In this document: in pieces, positions 26,492 through 35,672 of the stretch
How positions within the stretch are numbered: position 1 is the first letter of the stretch
Layout: each line of letters starts with the position of its first letter
Source: Chitinophagales bacterium
GTDB taxonomy: Bacteria; Bacteroidota; Bacteroidia; Chitinophagales; JADIYW01
Length of the DNA stretch: 64,000 nucleotides
Assembly (NCBI GenBank): GCA_020636535.1
Contig: JACJXT010000011.1
Coordinates: 712,680-776,679, forward strand
Reading direction: 5' to 3'
Notes under the pieces: generated by a model
Databases searched by the model: none
Seen by the model: the letters and a program-made list of their open reading frames with translations, nothing else
What the model was told of the DNA's origin: nothing
Translations under genes and position numbers: made by a program

Positions 26492-27052
26492 TTATAAAAT
26501 AAAAGGAATTAAACCAAATGTTTCTTTTTTATAGTTGATATAATCGTTGCCAAATTTACCAATCAATGCTTTTTCTTCTACTTTAATCCTTATTTGAAAA
26601 ACAATAATAATTATAATAGTTATTATAATTAAAGATAACCAGTTATTTAATGAAATTCCAAATCCAATAAAAGATAAAAGAGATGCAGTATAAGATGGAT
26701 GCCTAAAATATTTATAAATTCCTTTGTTATTAAGTTCATGTTGATTGCGAATATTTACATCGACTGTAAATTGTACACCTAGAGAATAGATAGCATAGAA
26801 TCTAATAATACAACCAATAATTATAATTAATAATCCAATGTATCTTATGTTTTCATTCATTGAAGTTGGTAGATAATATGCAGTGCTAATATAACCTGCT
26901 ATAGAATTGCCTGTGATTATTCCTGCCCAAATAAGTTGCAAAGTATATTTATCTGTATTTTCTGTATCTTGATTTTTAGAACGAAGTAATCTGCTTAATG
27001 CAAATTCTGATGCAAACCAAAGTATATATATTATTATGAAAATTATATTCAT
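26492..27052 (-). CDS. Isoprenylcysteine carboxyl methyltransferase (ICMT)/phospholipid methyltransferase family membrane protein
   Basis: 186 aa, multi-TM, with C-terminal GIYKYFRHPSYTASLL typical of the ICMT/PEMT superfamily. Confidence 0.7.
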   Translation of the reverse strand: MNIIFIIIYILWFASEFALSRLLRSKNQDTENTDKYTLQLIWAGIITGNSIAGYISTAYYLPTSMNENIRYIGLLIIIIGCIIRFYAIYSLGVQFTVDVNIRNQHELNNKGIYKYFRHPSYTASLLSFIGFGISLNNWLSLIIITIIIIIVFQIRIKVEEKALIGKFGNDYINYKKETFGLIPFIL

Positions 27053-27058
27053 ATTTTA

Positions 27059-28657
27059 TTAATTATTGAAATTTTCATTCTCTGTTTTGTTTGGAAAATG
27101 TGCCATAGCATGTTCTGAAATTGCTGTAATACTTAAACTTGGATTTACACCTGGATTTGCAGAAATCATACTACCATCGCAAACCAACATATTTTTATAG
27201 CCAAATACTAAATTGTTTTTATCAATTACGCCACTATTGCTATCTTTTCCCATACAAGCACCACCTAGAATATGTGCAGTTGTAGGAATACCCAATAAAG
27301 TTTCTGAACTCATTACCATTGCTTTTCCATCAATAATTTGCTCTACTTCTTTGGCTAATTCTTGTGCCTTTGGATTGAAAGCAGTTGGTGCTGGACCAGT
27401 GTCTAAGTTAGATTTTAATCCACCAAAAATATTTTTCTTAAAACTTAGTGTAGAATCGATGCTTTCCATATACAATAAAATATGTGTTCGCTTGCTCCAA
27501 TCATCTACAAAAATAACTTTTAAATTATTGATAGGATGTTTGATGAAATCTAAAATCATATTAAAAAAACGAATTAATATATTTTTTCCTTGAACCATTG
27601 GTGCCATAAAAATTCTCCAAAAACCAGAACCTTCAGAATATTTAACTGGTTCTATGTGTCGATGTTCATCTATATTAATAATAGAACCAATAGCAATACC
27701 TTCAGAAAAACTAGTTTTCTTGTTAAATGTAGTAACACCTATTAAACTTTCTGAATTGGTACGAATACCACTGCCTAATTTGTTGCTTAAATTAGGTAAA
27801 GATGTTTGCTGTAGTTTCAACATTAAATTCATAGTACCTAAAACGCCACCAGAAAAAATAACGCCTTTAGTGGTTACACTTTTCTTTTTAGATGAAAAAA
27901 TATTTAATGATTCTTTATATTTTATAGTATAACCTGTACTTCCATCTTCATTCATAGGAATTACATCAAACACTTCAGATTCTGCTATGATTTTGCAACC
28001 CAATTGTTGTGCTAAGTACAAGTAGTTTTTATCGAGTGTGTTTTTAGCATTGTACTGACAACCCAACATACAACCACCACATTGAATACAACCAGTTCTA
28101 TCAGGACCTTTTCCATCGAAATATGGATCTGGAACAGTAACATCTTGCTTGCCAAAATAAACAGCAACATCAGTTTGTTCATAAGCATCAGCTCTGCCAA
28201 TTCGAGCAGCTAACTCTTGCATTACTCTATCGCTTCGTCTTACATAAGGATGTTTTTCTGCACCCAACATTTTTTTAGCTAAAGTGTAGTAAGGTTTTAA
28301 ATCGTTTTCCCAATCGTTCAAGCCATTCCAATGTCCACTATTGTAAAATTCTGATTTAGGAACAGGTAGTGTGTTTGCATAAACTAAAGAACCACCACCA
28401 ACACCAACGCCACTTAACACAGCAACATGTCTAAAAAAGCTTAATTTAAATAAACCTTGCATTCCTAATTTTGGCATCCACATCCATTTGCGAAGATTCC
28501 AATTAGTTTTAGGAAAATCTTCTGGTTTATTAAACCATTTGCCTTTTTCAATTACTAGTACTTTATATCCTTTTTCAGAAAGTCGCAATGCAGAAACAGA
28601 ACCACCAAAACCACTTCCAATAATTACAAAATCGTAATCTAACTGTTGAACACTCAT
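27059..28657 (-). CDS. GMC family FAD oxidoreductase (cholesterol-oxidase-like)
   Basis: 532 aa with N-terminal DFVIIGSGFGGSVSALRLSEKGYKVLVIEKG and C-terminal GMC-type region (AHILGGACMG). Confidence 0.8.
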   Translation of the reverse strand: MSVQQLDYDFVIIGSGFGGSVSALRLSEKGYKVLVIEKGKWFNKPEDFPKTNWNLRKWMWMPKLGMQGLFKLSFFRHVAVLSGVGVGGGSLVYANTLPVPKSEFYNSGHWNGLNDWENDLKPYYTLAKKMLGAEKHPYVRRSDRVMQELAARIGRADAYEQTDVAVYFGKQDVTVPDPYFDGKGPDRTGCIQCGGCMLGCQYNAKNTLDKNYLYLAQQLGCKIIAESEVFDVIPMNEDGSTGYTIKYKESLNIFSSKKKSVTTKGVIFSGGVLGTMNLMLKLQQTSLPNLSNKLGSGIRTNSESLIGVTTFNKKTSFSEGIAIGSIINIDEHRHIEPVKYSEGSGFWRIFMAPMVQGKNILIRFFNMILDFIKHPINNLKVIFVDDWSKRTHILLYMESIDSTLSFKKNIFGGLKSNLDTGPAPTAFNPKAQELAKEVEQIIDGKAMVMSSETLLGIPTTAHILGGACMGKDSNSGVIDKNNLVFGYKNMLVCDGSMISANPGVNPSLSITAISEHAMAHFPNKTENENFNN

Positions 28658-28729
28658 ATTATTTTATATAGTGTTAAGTTAATATATTTTGTGAAAAAAT
28701 AAAATTACTAGAATAAAAAATATTAAAAC

Positions 28730-29851
28730 TTAATTTGTTTTTCTATAATTGATAATTGCCCAAGAATTAAAGAATATTGCAAAAGCTATCATAATATAAA
28801 TATGTGTACTAATGTTTTTTAGTGTGCTTCCTTTTAATACGACCATGCGCATTACTTCTATAAAATAAGTTACAGGATTAGAATATGCAATTACTTTTGC
28901 CCAATTTGGCATAGCGTTAATTGGAGTATATAGTCCACTCATTAATATAAAAATCATCATAAAGAAAAAAGCAATAGACATTGCTTGTTGTTGAGTATCT
29001 GTATAGGTAGATATCAATAAACCAAAGCCAAGCATTGCTACTAAATAGATAGCTAAAAAGATATATAATAATAAAATATTTCCAATAGGTGTTATTTTGT
29101 AAACTAACATTCCGACTATAAAAAATCCAAGTGTAAAAACAAAGATGCCAATTATCCAGAAAGGTATTAGTTTTCCTAATATATAAATATACTTTTTAAT
29201 TGGTGTTACATTAATTTGTTCTATTGTGCCAATTTCTTTTTCTTTTACAATATTTAAACTGCACATATAAGCACCAATCATGGTAACTAAAATTACGAGT
29301 ATTCCTGGTACCATAAATATTTGATAATTTAAATAAGGATTAAACCAATTAATTATATTTACAGATATGTTAGATAATTTATTTTGATTGTTTACACTAT
29401 ATAAAGTAGTAGCAAGAGCATAATTAAAATCTTTAATAATAGCACTAGCATAAGAGCCGCCAATACTTGCTTTAACACCATTAATTGAATTGATTGCTAA
29501 AAATAATTCTTGATTTCCTTCTTTAATTAAATTTTGTTCAAAATGAGTTGGAATTTCTAGGATTAAATCAGCTTTATCTTGTTCTATTAGTTTAAAAGCG
29601 TTGGCGTAATTAATTTCATAAGCAACTAGTTTAAAATAATCAGATGCTGTAATTTTTTTTATTAAGCTTTGTGCATAATCAGAACGATCGTGATCTACTA
29701 TTGCTATATTAATATTTTTAATATCAAAATCGGCAGCTAATGGCAATATTAATAACTGAATGATTGGCATTAGAAACATCATAGGTAGCAAATTTTTATT
29801 TCTAAATATTTGTTTAAATTCTTTAATTAGTAAAAATCGTAGTGTTCTCAT
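28730..29851 (-). CDS. ABC-2 type transporter permease (YbhR/YbhS-like)
   Basis: 373 aa with an N-terminal TM, a large periplasmic loop and five C-terminal TMs. 4-nt overlap with the paralogous upstream permease. Confidence 0.8.
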   Translation of the reverse strand: MRTLRFLLIKEFKQIFRNKNLLPMMFLMPIIQLLILPLAADFDIKNINIAIVDHDRSDYAQSLIKKITASDYFKLVAYEINYANAFKLIEQDKADLILEIPTHFEQNLIKEGNQELFLAINSINGVKASIGGSYASAIIKDFNYALATTLYSVNNQNKLSNISVNIINWFNPYLNYQIFMVPGILVILVTMIGAYMCSLNIVKEKEIGTIEQINVTPIKKYIYILGKLIPFWIIGIFVFTLGFFIVGMLVYKITPIGNILLLYIFLAIYLVAMLGFGLLISTYTDTQQQAMSIAFFFMMIFILMSGLYTPINAMPNWAKVIAYSNPVTYFIEVMRMVVLKGSTLKNISTHIYIMIAFAIFFNSWAIINYRKTN

Positions 29852-30954
29852 GCTAACCTAATTTTAAATTTTTTAAAACTAATGGCTAACATTATTAATG
29901 TCATACCAACTAATATTAAAGTTTCTTTCCAAATGGCACCAAAACCCAATCCTTTTATCATAATAGATTTTACAATGATATAATACCATTTTGATGGAAT
30001 AAAGTTGGATATAATTCTAAGTGGTAATGGCATATTTTCTAATGGAAACAAAAATCCGGTAAACATAATAGTTGGAATTAGCATTGCCATTAATGAAATA
30101 AGCATTGCTGCTTGTTGAGAATCGGTACTGTTAGAAATCAACAATCCTAATGATAAGGCACATAATATCATTATGCTACTTTCTATATATAATAATAATA
30201 TACTTCCATTTATTGGCAAGTCTAATAAAAAAATACTCATTAGTAATATTATAGTTAAATTTATTAGCGATAAGAAGAAATAAGGAATTACTTTTGATAT
30301 AATTACAATTATTGGATTCATTGGTGAAACGAGTAAAATTTCCATAGTGCCTAATTCTTTTTCTTTTACAATAGATACGGAAGTCATTAAAACACACACC
30401 AGTAATAGCACTAATGCAATAACACCAGGAACGAAATTCATAGCACTTTTTAATTCTGGATTGTATAGCATTCTAATTGCTACATTAATAAGTATTGGTG
30501 AAATATTATCTTTATTAATACTACTGATGTAATCTTGTATGATATATTGAATATAAGTTGAGGTTGTAGTAGCCGTATTTGGGTCTGATGCATCTGCAAT
30601 GATTTGAATATTGGCTTTACCTTCGTGATATAAATGATTGCTAAACTCATTAGGAAATACAATAACTAATTTTATATGTCCTTTTTTAAATTCATCTTCA
30701 ATTTGATTTTGATTGTGTAGTATAGTTGTAACATCAAAATAATTAGAGTGAGCTATTTTGTCTATAATTTCATTAGAAGTATAGTCGTTAGCGTAGTCGC
30801 AAATAGCAATTTCAGAGTTTTTGATTTCATTCGTTAGTGCAAATCCAAAGAGAACAATTTGAGCAATAGGTAAACCAAACAACATTAAAAGTGTTTTACT
30901 ATCTCTAAACACATGATAAAATTCTTTAATGATGAAAGTTTTGAATTGTTGCAT
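29848..30954 (-). CDS. ABC-2 type transporter permease (YbhR/YbhS-like)
   Basis: 368 aa with the same architecture as 28730-29851. Confidence 0.8.
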   Translation of the reverse strand: MQQFKTFIIKEFYHVFRDSKTLLMLFGLPIAQIVLFGFALTNEIKNSEIAICDYANDYTSNEIIDKIAHSNYFDVTTILHNQNQIEDEFKKGHIKLVIVFPNEFSNHLYHEGKANIQIIADASDPNTATTTSTYIQYIIQDYISSINKDNISPILINVAIRMLYNPELKSAMNFVPGVIALVLLLVCVLMTSVSIVKEKELGTMEILLVSPMNPIIVIISKVIPYFFLSLINLTIILLMSIFLLDLPINGSILLLYIESSIMILCALSLGLLISNSTDSQQAAMLISLMAMLIPTIMFTGFLFPLENMPLPLRIISNFIPSKWYYIIVKSIMIKGLGFGAIWKETLILVGMTLIMLAISFKKFKIRLA

Positions 30955-30999
30955 CTTCGTTTTCTTTTTTGTTGGCTGTTAGTTGATAGCTTTCACTTT

Positions 31000-31749
31000 T
31001 TAACTTCTTTTGGCAACTCTTGCTAATTGATAAAAAACATCGTCCATAGTTTGTACATTAAATTCTTTTTTTAAATTACTTGGAGTATCTAAAGCAGCAA
31101 TTTGTCCATCTACCATCATTGAAATACGATTACAATATTCAGCTTCATCCATATAATGTGTTGTTACAAAAACCGTAATTCCTTTTGAAACAGCATCGTA
31201 TATTAAATCCCAAAACTGTCTTCTTGTAATTGGATCAACGCCACCAGTTGGTTCATCTAAAAATACAATACTTGGTTCGTGTATAATAGCAACTGAAAAA
31301 GCCAATTTTTGTTTCCAACCTAATGGCAATGATGCTACTAATTTATTGGATTGCGATGTTAGCTCCAGTTTTTCTATTAATTCATTGCTCTTTGCTTTTA
31401 ATTTATTATCATTTAGACCATATATTCCACCAAAAAAAATAATATTTTCTTTTACGGTTAAGTCTTCATATAAAGAAAACTTTTGACTCATATATCCTAT
31501 ATTGGCTTTTATTTTTTCAGTATTTTTATATATGTCATAACCTGCAATTATAGCATCACCTGATGTAGGAATTGACAAACCACACAACATACGCATTGCC
31601 GTAGTTTTTCCTGCACCATTAGCACCTAAAAAACCAAATATTTCACCTTTATATACATTAAATGTAATATTATCTACAGCAGTAAAATCACCAAACTTTT
31701 TAGTAAGATTTTTTGTTTGAATTACAATATCGTTGGTATTAATTGCCAT
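31000..31749 (-). CDS. ABC transporter ATP-binding protein
   Basis: 249 aa with GANGAGKTT, LPLGWKQKL and IVFLDEPTGGVD. Confidence 0.9.
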   Translation of the reverse strand: MAINTNDIVIQTKNLTKKFGDFTAVDNITFNVYKGEIFGFLGANGAGKTTAMRMLCGLSIPTSGDAIIAGYDIYKNTEKIKANIGYMSQKFSLYEDLTVKENIIFFGGIYGLNDNKLKAKSNELIEKLELTSQSNKLVASLPLGWKQKLAFSVAIIHEPSIVFLDEPTGGVDPITRRQFWDLIYDAVSKGITVFVTTHYMDEAEYCNRISMMVDGQIAALDTPSNLKKEFNVQTMDDVFYQLARVAKRS

Positions 31750-32671
31750 TTGAACTGTTTGACATTTGTTGAATAAAACAATCTTCTATAGTTGGTGATA
31801 TTGGATTTATAATAATATTTTCTAACTGGTTTTGTTGTAAGGTATTGGTTAAAACCTGTATATTATTATTGTTGTGTTCTTTAAATGAAATGTGATGAAA
31901 TTCTCCAAATGAATATACTGTTTGAATTTGTTTGTTGGCTCTTAATAAATTTAAAAGCCGACTCATATCATTAGCTTTTATGGCATATAATTGATGTTTA
32001 TAGTCTTTAATAATTTGTTGTGGTGTATTAACCGACATTATTTTACCATCTTGTATTAAAGCAATTTTTTCGCACAAATTAGCTTCATCCATATAAGGTG
32101 TTGAAACAAGAATAGTAATGCCTTCCGTTTTTAGATGTTTAAGCATTTCCCAAAATTCTTTTCTCGAAACAGTATCTACACCAGTTGTAGGTTCATCTAA
32201 GAACAAAACCGTTGGTCTGTGAATTAATGCACAACACAATGCTAATTTTTGTTTCATTCCACCAGATAATTGTCCAGCTAATCTATCTTTAAAAGGTTCT
32301 AATTGTTCGTATATAGATTTGATTAAATTATAGTTTTGTTGAATACTGGTATTAAAAATAGTAGCAAAAAAGTGTAGATTTTCAGATACACTCATGTCTT
32401 GATACAAAGAAAATTTTCCAGGCATATAACCAACTCTTTTTCTAATGGCTTTATATTCGTTTACTACATCGAAGTTATTTACAGTAGCACGACCTTCATC
32501 TGGTAACAATAAAGTAGTTAAAATTCTAAAGAGTGTAGTTTTACCTGCACCATCTGGACCAATCAATCCAAAAAGTGCTCCTTTTTCAATTTCTAAATTA
32601 ATATTATCTAAAGCTTTATGTTTTAGTTTAGGATATGTTTTACTTATATTTTCAACTAAAACATCAGTCAT
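31739..32671 (-). CDS. ABC transporter ATP-binding protein
   Basis: 310 aa with GPDGAGKTT, LSGGMKQKL and VLFLDEPTTGVD. Overlaps both neighbouring genes. Confidence 0.9.
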   Translation of the reverse strand: MTDVLVENISKTYPKLKHKALDNINLEIEKGALFGLIGPDGAGKTTLFRILTTLLLPDEGRATVNNFDVVNEYKAIRKRVGYMPGKFSLYQDMSVSENLHFFATIFNTSIQQNYNLIKSIYEQLEPFKDRLAGQLSGGMKQKLALCCALIHRPTVLFLDEPTTGVDTVSRKEFWEMLKHLKTEGITILVSTPYMDEANLCEKIALIQDGKIMSVNTPQQIIKDYKHQLYAIKANDMSRLLNLLRANKQIQTVYSFGEFHHISFKEHNNNNIQVLTNTLQQNQLENIIINPISPTIEDCFIQQMSNSSNGN

Positions 32672-33653
32672 TATTAATGAATTTTATTTCGCCGTACATT
32701 CCAATTTTGTAAGCACCATTATTTTGCACCTTTATTTTTACAGCATAAACCATATTGGCTCTATCTTCTTTTGTTTGAATGGTTTTTGGCGTAAACTCAG
32801 CTTTATTGCTAATCCAAGTAATAATACCTTTTGTTGAGTTGAACCCATTGTTGCCATCGTCAGTAAGTACTTCTACAGTATCGTTGAGTTTTATTTTTGC
32901 TAATTGATTGCCTGTTACATAAACTCTTAAAATAATTGTAGATAAATCGGCAATTTTGTAGAGTGGTTTTCCTACAGTTGTAAATTCACCGCTATAAGCA
33001 TATTGAGTTAAAACTGTTCCTTTAAATTCATTTATAATAGTTCCATCAGATATTTGATTTTTAATAATGTCTAATTTTTTTTCACCAGGATTTTTCTCAC
33101 TCAGTATTGCTTTGTTTTGAATGCCTGCAGTTTGTTGTGCTGCTTGAATTTGAGCATTTAACACGCTAATTTGTTTCTTGGCTGTCTGAATTTGTTTTTG
33201 TAAAACTTCTTGTTGTCCAACTAAGTCATCTAATTGTTTTTTAGGTGCTGCATTGGCATTAACTAAATTTTGAAATCGGAGAACTTCTTTATTTAAAACA
33301 GTTAATTGTTGTTCGAGTGTTGCAATTTGACTTTTTTGGGTATTGATTTGTGCATTTAGTATTTCAATTTGAGGTGCAGCCGTAGTTGTTTTATCGTTAA
33401 TTGCATTGATAGTAGCTTCTATTTGATTGGCTTGTAGTTGCAAGTTGGTTACATCAATTTTACCAATAGTATCGTTGGCTTGTAGTGTACTTCCTTCTTC
33501 TATGTTTAATGATAGAATTTTTCCAGTAGCTTCTGCACTAATAATTCTTTCTACAGCTTCAAAAGAACCAGAAGCATCAAAGTCTTTCTCGTTTCTTTTA
33601 CAAGCATTTAAACTTAGAATAAAAATAATGATGATAATATGATATTTATTCAT
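32664..33653 (-). CDS. HlyD-family periplasmic adaptor (membrane fusion) protein
   Basis: 329 aa with a lipoprotein-like N-terminus (LSLNAC), a long Q-rich coiled-coil hairpin and flanking barrel-sandwich segments. Confidence 0.8.
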   Translation of the reverse strand: MNKYHIIIIIFILSLNACKRNEKDFDASGSFEAVERIISAEATGKILSLNIEEGSTLQANDTIGKIDVTNLQLQANQIEATINAINDKTTTAAPQIEILNAQINTQKSQIATLEQQLTVLNKEVLRFQNLVNANAAPKKQLDDLVGQQEVLQKQIQTAKKQISVLNAQIQAAQQTAGIQNKAILSEKNPGEKKLDIIKNQISDGTIINEFKGTVLTQYAYSGEFTTVGKPLYKIADLSTIILRVYVTGNQLAKIKLNDTVEVLTDDGNNGFNSTKGIITWISNKAEFTPKTIQTKEDRANMVYAVKIKVQNNGAYKIGMYGEIKFINND

Positions 33654-33665
33654 TGGTGATGAAAT

Positions 33666-34925
33666 TTAATTTCCTGAAATATAATTGTATTGATAAATTG
33701 CCATAAGTAATTCTGTTTGATGTAAAACTAAATCGAGCTTGGCTTTACTTGCTGCATTAACATAATTAATATAATCTAAAGCAGAAATTAAACCATTGTC
33801 TAACTGAATATTGGCGGTTGTTTTTATTGCCTCTCTAAGTTCAATTAATTGCTTGTCATTTTCTATAAAAGATTGATATTTAGCAATTGTAGCATCTTGT
33901 TGTTTTAATTGAATGCTATTATTGAGTTCAAAAACTTTTTGTTGAGATTGAATATTCTGTTGATTAATAGTAATTATTTTTTTATCTTTTTTTATAGTAT
34001 ATAGTTGACCAATATTCCAATTCATTTTTAGTCCACCAATATAATAAGGCGAAAAATCATTTTTTAAGAAATTTAAAGCAGGTCTTCCATATCCACCTTG
34101 AAAAAATACACCAAATTGAGGAATTAATTTATTGTTGATTTGCTTGTATTGAAGCTCATTTGACAATTGTTGGCGTTCAAATAAATGTAGTTCTGGTCTT
34201 TGATTGTTGTTAATTGGTAGCGTTGTTTTAGGAATAGTAAGTGTTGTAAGCATACCAATATTTTTTCCTGTTAATATTGCTAATATATTAATGTAAGCAT
34301 TTTTTTGAGCTTTATTTTCTGCTATTTTTTGTTGTGTATTAATGAGTTCTGCTTTTATTAAATTAGCATTAGTAGGTATTGCTGTGCCATTTTCTATTGC
34401 AGCTTCTGTTTTGCTAAGTGTACTATCATAATCAGCATAAAGTAATTGCAATTGTTTACTGTACTCATCTATTAATATAATTCCGAAATAAATTTGATTT
34501 ATTCTATTTTTTAATTCATACAAATTAACTTCTAATTGTTGAGCATTAATAGCGGCATTTGCATTAATTTGTTCTTTGGTGTTTTTTATAATTTTGGCAT
34601 TACTAAGTGGAATAAAAAGATCTGCATAAATTTTATATTGGTCTTTATTTAATGATGGAATTTCTATATTGGGTAATTGAATTGGTAATGAGGTAACTTC
34701 TGACTGATAGCTTGCTTGTGCTTGAATATTAATTTGTGGCAAAAATGCTTTTGTTGCATTAGATAAATTATATATTTTGGCTTCTTCAATTAACTTTAGT
34801 TGTTCAATTAATGGATAATTTTCTTTTGACCAAGCATAACATTCTTCAATAGTAATAGTAGTTAAATTTTGTGCATTACTATAAAAAGTTAATAATACTA
34901 ATAAATAGAATAGTATTCGTTTCAT
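33666..34925 (-). CDS. TolC-family outer-membrane efflux protein
   Basis: 419 aa with signal peptide and two repeated coiled-coil/beta segments typical of the OEP family. Confidence 0.8.
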   Translation of the reverse strand: MKRILFYLLVLLTFYSNAQNLTTITIEECYAWSKENYPLIEQLKLIEEAKIYNLSNATKAFLPQINIQAQASYQSEVTSLPIQLPNIEIPSLNKDQYKIYADLFIPLSNAKIIKNTKEQINANAAINAQQLEVNLYELKNRINQIYFGIILIDEYSKQLQLLYADYDSTLSKTEAAIENGTAIPTNANLIKAELINTQQKIAENKAQKNAYINILAILTGKNIGMLTTLTIPKTTLPINNNQRPELHLFERQQLSNELQYKQINNKLIPQFGVFFQGGYGRPALNFLKNDFSPYYIGGLKMNWNIGQLYTIKKDKKIITINQQNIQSQQKVFELNNSIQLKQQDATIAKYQSFIENDKQLIELREAIKTTANIQLDNGLISALDYINYVNAASKAKLDLVLHQTELLMAIYQYNYISGN

Positions 34926-34934
34926 TTTTTAGGT

Positions 34935-35531
34935 TTATTCATTATAAGAAATACTTTTTAACCAAATTGGTATTAATTTTTTTCTTTCTTTTAAGATAGA
35001 GTTGTATTGAACATCAGGCAATTGAAAGACATTTTTAATTAATGGCATTGCTATAAACGGAAATGCTATAAAAGCCATTGTGTTTATACCAATATGAATT
35101 GGATTAATTTTATAATTTACTTCTTGTTTAAACTGTTCCAATAAATATGATTTTTTTATTTGTTTAAAAACGCCAATCTTTTTAATTAATTCTTCTGGAT
35201 TTTGCCTTATTTCATTTAAAATAAAAGTTGGAACATCTGGATTTTCAATCAATAAATCGGTATAATGTATTACAAATTGCTCTAATTTTTCTTCTATGCT
35301 GGTATGTTTGTCATTCAAAATAGGCAATACACCATTTAAAATATGCTGTATCGACTCTAACATAATAATATCGTACAGTTTCTTTTTACTTCTAAAATAG
35401 TAATTAACCAAAGCCAAATTAATATTAGCAGCTTTTGCAATATCTCTAGTCTTAGTTGCTGCAAATCCTTTTTCGTGAAAAATTTTTCTAGCAGTTTCTT
35501 TAATTAATATTTCTGTTTCGTTGGTATTCAT
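34935..35531 (-). CDS. TetR/AcrR family transcriptional regulator
   Basis: 198 aa with N-terminal HTH FHEKGFAATKTRDIAKAANINLALVNYYFRSKKKLY. First gene of the efflux operon. Confidence 0.85.
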   Translation of the reverse strand: MNTNETEILIKETARKIFHEKGFAATKTRDIAKAANINLALVNYYFRSKKKLYDIIMLESIQHILNGVLPILNDKHTSIEEKLEQFVIHYTDLLIENPDVPTFILNEIRQNPEELIKKIGVFKQIKKSYLLEQFKQEVNYKINPIHIGINTMAFIAFPFIAMPLIKNVFQLPDVQYNSILKERKKLIPIWLKSISYNE

Positions 35532-35672
35532 AAAAAATATTAGTAGTATAAAGTTAAATTAAAATTTTGATTTAAACAAATGATTAATACAATTTTTTAA
35601 ATTAATATTAATTTTGTTCAAAAAAATAAATACGCAATTGTAAAATCTTAATTAATTTCTTATATTAGATTA

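Noticed and set aside
27213-27593. Antisense or embedded ORFs of 60-130 aa inside long genes (for example 27213-27593, 32445-32837, 46693-47070, 20932-21267, 51376-51681, 2676-2888)
   Set aside because: Each lies wholly within a well-supported gene on the opposite strand or in another frame. They have low-complexity I/L/F/S-rich translations typical of AT-rich antisense frames and no motifs.
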